From assembly GCF_004010195.1 (NCBI RefSeq), contig NC_057719.1, forward strand, positions 75,988,882-76,052,881: 64,000 nt of DNA. Reading direction: 5' to 3'. Position 1 is the stretch's first letter; each line of letters opens with the position of its first letter. Below are positions 51,287-64,000 of the stretch, piece by piece. The stretch comes from Chiloscyllium plagiosum. Taxonomy: Eukaryota. A program made the position numbers and the translations under genes. The notes under the pieces are model-generated. The model saw only the letters and a program-made list of their open reading frames with translations. It had not been told where the DNA came from and made no database searches.

Positions 51287-51958
51287 TAGGATTTTGCTTT
51301 TGATGTGATAAATTCTTTGCTGATCCAGGCAAGGAATATCTTTTGTACTTCTAAAAGTGGGTCACCCTTCTTGAGTTTGGGCAAGAAATCCCATCCTCTG
51401 ATCTGGGTGTTCCTACTCATTCATTTATTTATTTTAACAGGCCAACTATATCTGTTTACAACCTGATGCCTTTACCATGAACTTGGAAAATGACTCAATG
51501 CCCAAATGCTTTCCTGTGTCAGCAGCACATACCTACGCTGATAAGGTAAATCATAGCTTATCTCAATGGCTGGGTGTGCCTATAAGAAACTGGGGCATTG
51601 TTCCACTGTGACTATGCTTCAAATTACTCTTGAGGCCACATGACATCGTGATCTGATAGTATATTCTCATTCCTTCACTATTGCTGGGAGTAAGTCCAGG
51701 AGTTCCCTTCCGATCAGCACTGTGGCTATGCCTACACCCCAAAGACTGCAGCAAGCAGAGAAAACAGCTCATCATCACCATCTCAAGGAAAGTGAAGGAT
51801 GGACAATACATACCTGCCTTGCAATTGAGGTCTAATACCCATGAATAAGTTGAGGGAAAGGATCACGTGCTTCTGACAAATTCTTACTTGTTTGACATAG
51901 GAAAGGCTACTGTGTGAAAGGTTAAAACTTGCATTGGCTTTATACAACCAGTCAATAC

Positions 51959-52682
51959 ATATTAAAATATGTTGCACCACTACCTTGTACACCTATTTTT
52001 TCATTGTTACTGAGCGTGCAGGCTTTATTCTACAGTTTGGACCTGACCTGAAAGTAATACCAGTTGGAAGGTTGGAATAATTGAAACTCTGGTATCAGTT
52101 TTCTGCTGATTCAAGTCAATTTGCAATAAAATGCAACTTTTAGCATGCAATGTATACAATATATAGGAACTAATTATAACATTTTACCACATATAACCAT
52201 AACACTCCCAAAGCGATTGAATGCATTTCCTATTAACTTATGCAAGCCTCAGTAAGGTTACAGATGTCCCCAGCAGCACCAGTTACTATCTTTTATGAGC
52301 ATGACTGCAATTTAAATGGCACCATTAGGTTTGGTTACTTTTGTGTCAAAGAGGCGGCACAGTGAGATCTGATTTGCTAATGAGAAGTCATTTACTGATT
52401 GCATTCTAATCTCATTCTGAGACATCCACAACTAAAGTCTATTTGTCCCACATTATCTTCCCTATAATTACTTAACTAATTTACTCTCTCATCCCTTGGA
52501 TGATTAATGAGCTTGTGTTTCCAAGTCTGACCTTGCACTTTTATGACCACTGCAGAATCAGGCATTAATGTTTGTGTGTGACTTTCTATATTAAAATATG
52601 TTACAACACTACCTTCTACACTTACTTATTCATTGGTACTGAGCGTGCAGGCTTTATTCTACAGTTTGGACTTGACCTGAAA
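51959..52682 (+). repeat. Direct duplication of ~95 bp
   Basis: atattaaaatatgtt...tactgagcgtgcaggctttattctacagtttggac.tgacctgaaa at 51959-52053 and 52588-52682. Confidence 0.85.
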
Positions 52683-52703
52683 ATACTTGACGTTGACCAG
52701 AAA

Positions 52704-53008
52704 GCACGGTGGCTCAGTGGTTGGCACTGCTGCCTCACGGTGCCAGGGGCTTAGGTTTGATTCCACCCTTGGATGACCATCTGTGTGAAGTTTGCACGTT
52801 CTCTCCGTGTCTGCGTGGGTTTCCCCTGGTTGCTGTAGTTTGCTCCCATAGTCCAAAGATGTACAGATTCGGTGAATTGGTCATGCCAGATTGCCGAGAG
52901 TGTTAGGTGCATTGTTCAGAGGTAAATGGATCTGGGTGGGTTAATCTTCAGAGGGTTGGTGTGGACTTGTTGGACCGAGGGGCCTGTTTCCACATTATAG
53001 AGAATCTG
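52704..53008 (+). mobile_element. HE1-type SINE
   Basis: gcacggtggctcagtggttggcactgctgcctcacggtgccagggg. Confidence 0.88.
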
Positions 53009-53164
53009 AGGTGATGTAACAACATCTAGCCTTCGACCTACAGGTTAAGTAGGAATGTACAATATGCAAAGGGATAGAAAACCAGACTTCTCCTTTTCCT
53101 AAGTAGAAATACCTGGATTTTCACAGGATCGGGACAACTCCCGCTGGCTTCTCCAGGATCGTGT

Positions 53165-54480
53165 GCGGGTGAGGTGCCGGAAGACTGGAGGTTGGCAAAC
53201 ATGGTGCCACTGTTTAAGAAGGGCGGTAAAGACAAGCCAGGGAACTGTAGACCGGTGAGCCTGACCTCAGTGGTGAGCAAGTTGTTGGAGGGAATCCTGA
53301 GGGACAGGATGTACATGTATTTGGAAAGGCAAGGACTCATTAGGGATAGTCAACATGGCTTTGTGCATGGGAAATCATGTCTCACAAACTTGATTACGTT
53401 TTTTGAAGAAGTAACAAAGAGGATTGANNNNNNNNNNNNNNNNNNNNNNNNNNNNNNNNNNNNNNNNNNNNNNNNNNNNNNNNNNNNNNNNNNNNNNNNN
53501 NNNNNNNNNNNNNNNNNNNNNNNNNNNNNNNNNNNNNNNNNNNNNNNNNNNNNNNNNNNNNNNNNNNNNNNNNNNNNNNNNNNNNNNNNNNNNNNNNNNN
53601 NNNNNNNNNNNNNNNNNNNNNNNNNNNNNNNNNNNNNNNNNNNNNNNNNNNNNNNNNNNNNNNNNNNNNNNNNNNNNNNNNNNNNNNNNNNNNNNNNNNN
53701 NNNNNNNNNNNNNNNNNNNNNNNNNNNNNNNNNNNNNNNNNNNNNNNNNNNNNNNNNNNNNNNNNNNNNNNNNNNNNNNNNNNNNNNNNNNNNNNNNNNN
53801 NNNNNNNNNNNNNNNNNNNNNNNNNNNNNNNNNNNNNNNNNNNNNNNNNNNNNNNNNNNNNNNNNNNNNNNNNNNNNNNNNNNNNNNNNNNNNNNNNNNN
53901 NNNNNNNNNNNNNNNNNNNNNNNNNNNNNNNNNNNNNNNNNNNNNNNNNNNNNNNNNNNNNNNNNNNNNNNNNNNNNNNNNNNNNNNAGAAAAGATTTAC
54001 AAGGATGTTGCCAGGATTGGAGGATCTGAGCTATAGGGAGAGGCTGAACAGGATGGGGTTGTTTTCCCTGGAGCGTCGGAGGCTGAGGGGTGACCTTATA
54101 GAGGTTTACAAAATGATGAGGGGCATGGATAGGGTAAATAGGCAAAGTCTTTTCTCTGGGGTCGGGGAGTCCAGAACTAGAGGGCATAGGTTTAGGGTGA
54201 GAGGGGAAAGATATAAAAGAGACCTAAGGGGCAACTTTTTCGCGCAGACTGTGGTACGTGTATGGAATGAGCTGCCAGAGGATATGGTGAAGGCTGCTAC
54301 AATTGCAACATTTAAAAGGCATTTGGATGGGTATATGAATAGGAAGGGTTTGGAGGGATAAGGGCCGGGTGCTGGCAGGTAGGACTAGATTGGGTTGGGA
54401 TATGTAATCAGCATGGACAGGTTGGCCTGAAGGGTCTGTTTCCATGCTGTACTTCTCCATGACTCTGTGACTCTATAACT
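53165..54480 (+). mobile_element. CR1 (HER1-like) LINE ORF2 fragment spanning an assembly gap
   Basis: PEDWRLANMVPLFKKGGKDKPGNCRPVSLTSVVSKLLE...QHGFVHGKSCLTNL; N gap 53428-53987. Confidence 0.93.
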
Positions 54481-55224
54481 CCCAAAGACTTTGAAAATGG
54501 CAGTTTGGATCTAATCCTGGTATCTAATTCACCCAATTGGATGTCACCACCCCCACCACCCTTCTATTTCTGGCAATGTTCACTGGTGTGGGATAAGAGT
54601 GGAGGTAGGAAATCCTGCACTCTCACTCTGGCTGGCTGTATTGCTAATCTTACAACTCACCCCAAGCAGCCCCTCCCCTCATCATCACCAAACTTTGGCA
54701 ATTTCATTTGTTTCTGACAGCCTTTTGCAACCTGTAGTTCTGGACTCCTCAGAAAGCCTTGCTTCTGAAAATCTTTGATAGATGCTATTGAAAAGTCTAC
54801 CCATTCCCCTTTGTATTCCCCATGCCCCATCTACTTGACTTATCATATTCCCATACCTCTTGCACATTCAACACACCCTGATATTGACCATGTCCCATTT
54901 ATTACCCTCATGGTCTTGAATGCTAGTCATCTATTTCTTTTGGTACAGTTGCCAGATGGCCTCATTATGACTCTCTGTTTGAGCTCCACCTCTCACAAAT
55001 GGAATCAGCTCAGCAGGAGTTTCATAGAATCCCTACAGTGTGGAAAGAGACCCTTCAGCCCAACAAGTTGGTTAAAGCATTTGCTGTTGATGCTGTGGAT
55101 AGCTGTACCTGACTGACACTTTTATCAGGTTGCAAGGACGGCATTTTTAAAAAGGAGATGATGCATTTGTCACGTGCATTTCAAACAGTTTCCATTGTTT
55201 TAAAAGGTCCTGTACAGAGTGATT

Positions 55225-55522
55225 AGATGCCCTACAGTGTGGAAACAGGCCATTTGGCCCAATAAGTGCACACCGACTCTCCGAAGAGTCACCCACCCAG
55301 ACCCATTTCCCTCTGACTATTGCACAAAGGGCAATTTAACATGATCAATCTACCTGACCTGCACATCTTTGGATGTTGGGAGGAAACCACAGCACCCGAA
55401 AGAAACCCACGGCGTCACAGGGAGAATGTGCAAACTCCACACAGACAATTGCCTGAGATTGGAATTGAACCCAAACCCCTGGCGCTGTGAGGGAGCAGTG
55501 CTAACTACTGAGCCACCATGCT
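55225..55522 (-). mobile_element. HE1-type SINE
   Basis: Reverse copy of the SINE consensus. Confidence 0.85.
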
Positions 55523-56629
55523 ACCTTGCAGTTTGAACACTGATTCAATGGGCAGGGGGAACATAGAGACAGAATGGGGGAAATGTGGAGGACCGAGAGA
55601 GCATGGAAGGAGCATGCTCAAGTGGGTGAGGGGTGAGGGCTGGAGGACAAAACAGCTTTCAATATTACCGGAGCTCAGTCCTGGAAAACTAAGGCGGGTC
55701 TTCTAACCAGCCTGCCTCAGCACTCACCCATATCCATGGCAGCTCCAAACTGCCTGTAGGCTCTATCCACGCCCATCTTGGAATGAAAACATTCAGGGTT
55801 AGGACGCATTGAACGGAAATGGATGCTGCTGGTACAGGAGATTGCTCAACTTCCCGCTTCCTTTCCAAAAAGACCAGCCCAAAGTGGCAGAAGAGAGTGA
55901 AAATGAAACAAAGGAAAAGCCCAACTTAGAGATAAAGGAGCAGGGCATAACTTGAATCAGATATCATAAAGGCTAGGCTGTAGCTGGTGTTTGGGTGCTT
56001 GTGTCTTAATAACATTGTGTAGTGTGATAGACTGACAGAAAGATGTCAGTATTTCAGTGAACAGCAGTTCTGTCTAGGATGTACCAGAACCACCTTTTCT
56101 ATGTGCAACATCTCATCCTGAGAAGGGACACTAAGTGTATAGTCTGTATACCATTGAATTGGACAACGCGAGTCTACCAAAGAAACTGTTTCACATTGTC
56201 ATGGCAACAGATCATAGCACTGAATTACTTGTGGAGATATTGAACTTTTAAAAACAACATGCCTTTTTTTTTTCAAAATAAAGAAATACAAGTCAAAGGT
56301 AGCAGAGAATATAAATTCAGTAGCTGTGTAGATTACACTGAGTCCCAAGAGGAACCATGGAATGTCATGGTTGAAGAGTATCGAGGGAACATCAGAGAGT
56401 AACAATTCAAAGGGAGAACACCGGGCCCAGCTCTGAACTGTGATCTCCTGTGGCAACAGAGATAATGAGAGACTGAGGAGACCCTCCCAGCAGAAAACCA
56501 TCTCCTCAGGCAGCAGACAAGCTATTAGATGAAAAAAGGCGATTATATGTGAAAGACATGTTTGTATTTTATCCTTTCAGAAATTCAGCAGAAAGGAAGT
56601 TAAAAATCAACTGAAAGTCTGTGATTCTG

Positions 56630-59600
56630 TGTCCTGGTGTGCAAATGTGCAAGTTTGTTAGTGTGCTGGGTGTCCTAATGTAAGTGTGCTAATATGCTAA
56701 TGCTCTGGTGTGCTAGTGTGCCAGTGTGATAGGATCTTGGTGTGCTAGTATGCTGATATTCCTGATGTTCTAGTATCCCAGTGTGCTAATATGCTGGTAT
56801 CAAGGTGAACAATTATGGGATTGCACTAGTGTGTTGGTGTTCTGGTATAGCAGAGAGCTAGTGTGCTGGTGTGCTAATGTGCTGGTGAGCTGGTGGAGGG
56901 AGGGTGTTAATTGAGGGGCTCAACAGAGGGATAGTGTCGATTGAGGGTGTTGGCAGAGGGAGGGTGTGGATTGAGGGGGTCGGTGGAGGAGGGTGTGGAT
57001 TGAGGGGTTTGGCAGAGGGAGGGTTTGGATTGAGAGAGTCAACAGAGAGAGAATGTGGATTGAGGGGGNNNNNNNNNNNNNNNNNNNNNNNNNNNNNNNN
57101 NNNNNNNNNNNNNNNNNNNNNNNNNNNNNNNNNNNNNNNNNNNNNNNNNNNNNNNNNNNNNNNNNNNNNNNNNNNNNNNNNNNNNNNNNNNNNNNNNNNN
57201 NNNNNNNNNNNNNNNNNNNNNNNNNNNNNNNNNNNNNNNNNNNNNNNNNNNNNNNNNNNNNNNNNNNNNNNNNNNNNNNNNNNNNNNNNNNNNNNNNNNN
57301 NNNNNNNNNNNNNNNNNNNNNNNNNNNNNNNNNNNNNNNNNNNNNNNNNNNNNNNNNNNNNNNNNNNNNNNNNNNNNNNNNNNNNNNNNNNNNNNNNNNN
57401 NNNNNNNNNNNNNNNNNNNNNNNNNNNNNNNNNNNNNNNNNNNNNNNNNNNNNNNNNNNNNNNNNNNNNNNNNNNNNNNNNNNNNNNNNNNNNNNNNNNN
57501 NNNNNNNNNNNNNNNNNNNNNNNNNNNNNNNNNNNNNNNNNNNNNNNNNNNNNNNNNNNNNNNNNNNNNNNNNNNNNNNNNNNNNNNNNNNNNNNNNNNN
57601 NNNNNNNNNNNNNNNNNNNNNNNNNNNNNNNNNNNNNNNNNNNNNNNNNNNNNNNNNNNNNNNNNNNNNNNNNNNNNNNNNNNNNNNNNNNNNNNNNNNN
57701 NNNNNNNNNNNNNNNNNNNNNNNNNNNNNNNNNNNNNNNNNNNNNNNNNNNNNNNNNNNNNNNNNNNNNNNNNNNNNNNNNNNNNNNNNNNNNNNNNNNN
57801 NNNNNNNNNNNNNNNNNNNNNNNNNNNNGGTGTGGATTGAGGGGGTTGATGGAGGGAGGGTATGAATTGAGGGGGTCAATGGAGGGAGGATGTGGATTGA
57901 AGGGTTTGGCAGAAGAATGATGTGGATTGAGGGTGTCCATGGAGGGAGGGTGTGGATTGAGGGTGTTAGTGAAGTGGGGGTGTGAATTGAGGGTTTGGTG
58001 GAGGGAAGTTGTTGATTGAGGGTGTCCAGGGAGATTAGGTGTTAATTGAGAATGTCTGCGGAGGGAGAGTGATGATTGGTCTATAAGCTCCTCCCTCAGC
58101 CTTTGGGCTCAGTATTTACAGTGGCTCTCCCCCAATACCAGCCATACCACATAACAGCTACTCAGGGGCTCCCAAACACTCACTAGATGATTATAGGTTT
58201 AAGATGAGAGGGGAAAGATTTCAAAAGAAGCTGAGGGGTAATGTTTTCATGCAGAGGGTGGTGCGTCTATGGAATGAGCTGTCAGAGGACATGGTGGAGG
58301 TGGGTATAATTGCAACATTTAAAAGGCATCTGGGGCATGGGTATATGAATAGGAAGGGTTTAGAGGGATATGGACCTAATGCTGGCAAATGGGACTAGAT
58401 CAGATTGGGATGTCTGGTCAGTGTGGACGGGTTGTACCGAAGGGTCTGTTTCTGTGCTGTATGACTCTATGGTGTCCTGTGTCCAGGTATCCTGGTTTGC
58501 AAAAATCCTGGTGTTTTAATATGCTGGTGTCCCGGTTAACTAAGGTGGGATTGCATGAGTGTGTTGGTGTTCTGATGTAGTGGTGTGCTAGCATACAGGT
58601 GTGTGGGTGTGCTGGTGTGGTGGTGACCTAGAGTCCTGGTGTACTGGTGATGTGGTGACCTGGAGTCCTGATGAGGTGGTTTGATGGTGTGTTGCTGTGC
58701 TTGTATCCTGTTGTGCAAGTATGTTCATATGATGATGTCATGGTATGCTAGTATGCTGGTGTCTTAGTGTGTTGGTGTCCTGGTATGCTGGTGCTATCAT
58801 GTGACAGTATGTTGGTGGCCTGGTGAGCAGATATGGTTGTGTCCTAGTTAGGTAGTATGTTGGTCTCTTGGCATGCTGATGTGCAAGTGTGTTAGTGTGC
58901 TAGTGTCGTCCAGGTGTGCTGATCTGCTGGTGTTTTGGTGTCATGATGTAAGTTGCCCTGGTGTGCTTGTATCATGGTATACTGGTGTGTTGATGACCTG
59001 GTGTGCTGCTCTGCTGGTTTTCTGGTGGACTCTGTAGTGTTGTGTAGGTGTGCTAGCATGCTGATCTAATGGTGTACTAATGTATCCATTTACCTGTGTC
59101 CTGCTGCAGTGGTGTACTTCATAGTGTACAGGTGAAGTGGCGTGTTGGTGTCATTGTGTTCTAGAGTCCTAGTGTAGTTCTGTGCTGGTCTTCTGGCATA
59201 ATGTTCATATACTTCCTGTACTGTGAAAACAGGCCACCTGGCCCAACAAGACCACACCGACTCACTGGAGAGTAACCCACCCAGACCCATCCCCTCCTCT
59301 ATATTTACCCCTGACCAATGCACCTAACCTACACATCCCTGAACACAATGGGCAATTTAGCATGATCAATTCACCCAACCTTATCATCTTTGGACTGTGA
59401 GAGGAAACCAGAGCACCTGGAGGAAACTCACGCAGACACGGGGATAATATGTCAACTCCACGCAGACAGTCACCCAAGGCAGGAATCGAATCTGGGTTCC
59501 TGGTGCTGTAAGAAAGCAGTGCTATCCACTGAGCCACCTTGCCGCCCAATGGTGTGCCAGTGTGCTAATGTGCTGCTGTAGTTGTGTTCTGGTGTGTCAG

Positions 59601-59710
59601 TGTGTTTGTGTAATGGTGGTCTAGTGTGATGGTGTGCTGGGATACTGGTATGTTGATGTGCTGGAGTGTTGATGCACTGTTATACTGGTGTGATGGTTTG
59701 CTGATGAGCA
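56630..59710. repeat. Degenerate ~8-bp (TGGTGTGC-like) array containing a 30-bp G-rich minisatellite (56890-58075), a CR1 end (58195-58470) and an HE1 SINE (59212-59547)
   Basis: Units gtgtgctg/ggtgtcct; 30-mer ggagggagggtgtggattgagggggt...; N gap 57069-57828. Confidence 0.85.
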
Positions 59711-60004
59711 GATGTATGAGGTTTAAGTCCCACTGTGCTAAATTTCATTATGACGGGATACAGCTGAGAATTTCCACACCTGTACATGTGCAGGTAAAAG
59801 CAAAAAGTTTCTCTGACTGCAAATAATAAGTCAAGTTAGCGAAGACACTGTCGAAGGAAACTGTCAAAATCAGTGCTGCCAGAAACACACACTTCAACAA
59901 TCATAATGTCTCATGACCTGTTCATCATGAACAAGCAAAAAGCTGGGTCAAATATTCCTCCTGTTTTGCTTTTTACTTTGTGGAATCAGTACTTTTTTTT
60001 TAAT

Positions 60005-60340
60005 CTCGGGGTGGCTCAGTGTTGAGCACTGCTGTCTCAAAATGCCAGGGACCCGGGTTTGATTCCAGCCCAGGACAGCTGTCTGTGTGGACTTTGCACA
60101 TTGTGTCTGTATGGGTTTCCTCCGGGTGCTCTGGTTTCATTCTGTAGTCCAAAGATGTGAAAGTTAGGTGGATTGGCCATGCTAAATTGCCCACAGTGTC
60201 CAGGAATGTGCAGACTAGGTGGATTAGCCAGAGAAAACGCAGGGCAGGGGAGTGGATCTGAGTGGGATATTTTTCAGAGGGTCAGTGTGGACTTGATAGG
60301 CCAAATAACCTGCTTCCATGCTGTAAGGAGTTCTGTGATG
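60005..60340 (+). mobile_element. HE1-type SINE
   Basis: ggtggctcagtgttgagcactgctgtctcaaaatgccagggacccgggtttgattcc. Confidence 0.85.
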
Positions 60341-60729
60341 ATTCTTATTCCTAATCTATGTGTATGCGTGTCTCACTTTATTGTCCTTTTTCTTCTTTCA
60401 GTTGCTAACAATGTCAATCTTTCTTTGAAAGGAGAAAGCCTGGTCAAATAAGCTCCTTTTATCACATAAATACTTTGGGCTTTGCAAAGGTACCTGTGAG
60501 GAAGGGGTTCCTTAGTTAAATTGATCTTGTTGTGACCCCCAACTGCAGGAGGAGGTTGAATAAAGAATGGGAGTCAATTCATCCATCCCCGCACAGAAGC
60601 ATCACCATTTAGGGATATCCTGCCCAGAATCATAACACATTGAGCGACCTTGCCATGGGGACCCATGCTAAGCACTTGCAGAAAGCTTACAAATAGATAT
60701 CAGCCTTCCGAAATGGGCATATTGACCTC

Positions 60730-61192
60730 TCAGAGTTAAAACGTGAGGCGTCAGAAAAGCACAGCAGATCAGACAGCATCTGAAGAGCAGGAGAGTCGAT
60801 GTTTTGGGCATAAGTTTCATCAGGAGTGTGGGGGTTGGAAGGGGGCTGAGATAAATAGGAGAGTGAGGGTGGGGCTGGCGGGGAGGTAGCTGGGAAGGTG
60901 ATAGGTGCATGCAGGTGGGAGGGGGTGATGGTGATAGGTTGGTGGTGAGGGTGGAGTAGATGGGTGGGAAGGAAGATGGACTGATAGGACAGTTCAAGAG
61001 GGCGGTGCCGAGTTGGAGGGTTGGATCTGGGATAAGGTGAGGGGGAGGGGAGATAAGGAAACTGGTGAAGTCAACGTTGATGCCGTGTGGTTGGAGGGTC
61101 CCAAGGCGGAAGATGAGGCGTTCTTCCTCCAGGCTTGAATTTGGCAGTGGAGGAGGTCCAGGACTTGCATGTCCTAGGCAGAGTGGGAGGGC
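60730..61192 (-). mobile_element. Penelope-like element 3' end
   Basis: LEEERLIFRLGTLQPHGINVDFTSFLISPPP, followed by a cctgatgaa terminus. Confidence 0.88.
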
Positions 61193-62104
61193 CACTCAGT
61201 TTAAAGGCAATTAAAGATGGGCAATAAATGGCACTAACAGGCGCATTCCAACAAAGAATAACGAAAACTTTATTGCAGGTTTTTTTTCTTTATTTGAAGT
61301 GTGTATTTTACTCCAATGCCTCTCAAGAACGACTATCTGTACTTGCAAATTGAGGATACATTCCTGTCATTTCTCAAATGGAGAAAACTTTTGGGAAACA
61401 TCAGCAGCGCAAGCTCAAACCATTACCTTGATTGTCTATTTTTATCAAGATAAGCTCAACCCAGCTGGTAATTAAAGCAAAATGCTGCGAAAGCTGGAAA
61501 TCTGACATAACAACAGAAAATGCTGGAAAAATGCAGCAGCTCTGGTGGCATCCGTGGAGTGAGAAAGTAATTTGTAAATGTAGGTTTATTATAAAGTGTC
61601 TGGCTCTTCTTTCTCATGTTAAGTGAGCATACACCATAATTTGGGGTTATTCATTTAGCCTAGAAATCTTATTCCTGTACACAACACAGAAAACAAAATA
61701 GATGCAATCCTCAAACCATAAGAGGTTCCTCATGGAAATAATAAGATAGATAATATCTGATACTTTGAGACCTTAATTCAAGCAAGCCTTAATGTCTGCA
61801 ATTCTGTCAATTGTTATTCTGTGTGAACAGTTCACAAATAGCACAAACAAATATATAGTTTGCACTCATTGAATATTTGTTGAATACACAGTCAATATTG
61901 CATAGCTCTGAACAAATATTCACGAGGAGATTATCTGTTTTATTGCATGGAGTCTGTAAAATAAAGCTGTGATTAGCTCTTTCAGATCTAGCATTTAGAA
62001 TAGCTTCATTGTACCAAACTGAGTTGATGAAGTCTATTTGTTTCTGTAAGTTAGTTAAACATAAATTAATGTGATTAAGAGTTTATCCTACGAAAAGCTG
62101 ACTG

Positions 62105-63815
62105 AAGCCAAAAGGGTAGCTGGGGAGATACTAGGTCCTCTTAAAGAACAGCAAGGCTGCCTATGTGTGGAACCGGAGGGCACAGTGGAGCCACTAATCA
62201 AGCATTTTGCATCAGTGTTTACTGTGGAGAAGGATATGGAAGATAGAAAATGTGGGGAAATAAATAGTGACAGCTTGAAAAATGTCCAAATTACAGAGGA
62301 GAAGATGCTGGATGTCTTAAAACACCAAAAGGCAGATAAATCCCTGGGACCTGATCATGTGTACCCTAGAACTCTGTGGGAAGCTGGGGAAGTGATTGCT
62401 GGGCCCCTTGCTGAGATATTTGTATCATCAATAGTCACAGGTGAGGTGCCAGAAGACTGGAGGTTGGTTAACGTGATGCCACTGTTTAAGAAGGGTGGTT
62501 AGGACAAGCCAGGGAACTATAGATCAGTGAGCCTGACATTGGTGGTGGGCAAATTATTGGAGGGAATCCTGAGGGACAGGATTTACATGCATTTGGAAAG
62601 CAAGGACTGATTAGGGATAGTCAACATGGTTTTGTGCGTGGGAAATCATGTCTCACAAACTTGACTAAGTTTTTTGAAGTAGCAACAAACAGGATCATTG
62701 AGGGCAGAGCAGTGGACATGATCTATACGGACTTCAGTAAGCTGTTTTACAAGATTCCTCATGGAAGACTGGTTAGCAAGATTTGATCACATGGAATACA
62801 GGGAGGACTAGCCATTTGGATACAGAATTGGTTCAAAGGTAGAAGACAGAGGGTGGTGGTGGAGAGTTGCTTTTCAGACTGGAGGCCTGTGCCCAGTGGA
62901 GTGCCACAAGATCGGTGCTGGGTCCACTGTTTTTGTCATTACATAAATAATTTGGATGTGAACATAAGAGATATAGTTAGTAAGTTTGGCAGATGACACC
63001 AAAATCGAAGATGTAGTGGGCAGTGAAGAAGGTTACCTCAGATTACAACAGGATCTTGATCAGATGGGCCATTGGGCTGAGGAGTGGCAGATAAAGTTTA
63101 ATTTAGATAATGCGAGATGCTGCACTTTGGAAATCAAGGCAGGACTTATGCACTTAATGCTAAGGTCCTGGGCAATGTTGCTGAACAATCAGATCTTGGA
63201 GTACAGGTTCATAGCTCCTTGAAAGTGGAGTCACAGGACAGGATAGTGAAGAAGGCAATTGGTATGCTTGCCTTTATTGGTCAGTACACTGAGTTACAGG
63301 AAATGTGAGGTTATGTTGCAGCTGTACAGGACATTGGGTAGGCCACGATTGGAATACTGCATTCAATTCTGGTCTCCCTGCTGTCGGAAAAATGTTGTGA
63401 AACTTGAAAGGGTTCAGAAAAGATTTACAAGGATGTTGCCAGGTTTGGAGGATTTGAGCTATAGGGAGAGGCTGAATAGGCTGGGGCTGTTTTCTCTGGA
63501 GCATCATAGGCTGAGGGGTGACCTTATAGAGGTTTATAACATCATGAGGGGCGTGGATAGGGACAAGATCTTTTCCCCAGGGTGGTCGAGTCCAAAACTG
63601 GAGAGCATAGGTTTAGGGTGAGAGGGTAAGATTTAAAAGGGACCTAAGGGGCAATGTTTTCACACAGAAGGTGGGACATGTATGGAATGAGCTGCCAGAG
63701 CAAGTGGAGGAGGCTGGTATAATTATAACATTTAAAAGGCATCTAGGTGGGCATAATAATAGGAAGGGTTTAGAGGGATATGGGCCAAATGCTGGCAAAT
63801 GGGACTAGATTTATT
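62105..63815 (+). mobile_element. CR1 (HER1-like) LINE ORF2, ~1.7 kb, with stops and frameshifts
   Basis: HFASVFT...KSLGPDHVYPRTL...PEDWRLVNVMPLFKKGG...ADDTKI...LEYCIQFWSP. Confidence 0.93.
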
Positions 63816-64000
63816 TAGACAGAGAACAGCCAGGGAATCCCTAGAGGCATGGCATTCATCCACAAACTCCATCAACAAACACATCGACCTGGACCCAATA
63901 TACCAACCACTACAGCGGACAGCTGAAACTGACAAACGGAAGCGGCAGGGACAGACCACTATAAACACCGGAGGAAACACCAAAGAAGCGCTTCGCAGGA
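63816..64000 (+). mobile_element. Penelope-like element C-terminal fragment (different family), truncated by the window end
   Basis: LEAWHSSTNSINKHIDLDPIYQPLQR, typical of the PLE GIY-YIG C-terminus. Confidence 0.7.

Noticed and set aside
53174..57940. Long ORFs of 200-395 aa at 53174-54361 and 56858-57940
   Set aside because: Artefacts of N gaps within a CR1 and a minisatellite.

Overview
Repeat-rich vertebrate genomic DNA, almost certainly from a shark, judged by HE1-type SINEs, HER1/CR1 LINEs and shark-type Penelope elements. Two assembly gaps are present. The only confidently recognisable host gene is the last coding exon of a DESI2 (PPPDE1)-family deSUMOylase on the minus strand (33487-33239). 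Its upstream exons were not found in the window. In the non-repetitive islands of the first ~30 kb there is a chain of plus-strand, AG/GT-bounded exon relics, several of them phase-compatible. They carry stops and frameshifts, and their peptides resemble RGS domains, so they are inferred to be a decayed RGSL1/RGS22-like gene convergent with DESI2. The other notable feature is a dense population of Penelope-like element (PLE) termini carrying minimal hammerhead-ribozyme cores (CTGAnGA-hairpin-GAAA-palindrome). Several are arranged as inverted pairs flanked by 10-20 bp target-site duplications, and two enclose N-terminal PLE ORF fragments. Three non-PLE long inverted repeats occur, two of which bracket exon-like segments. 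Family assignments come from recognising the sequence by eye, not from database searches.
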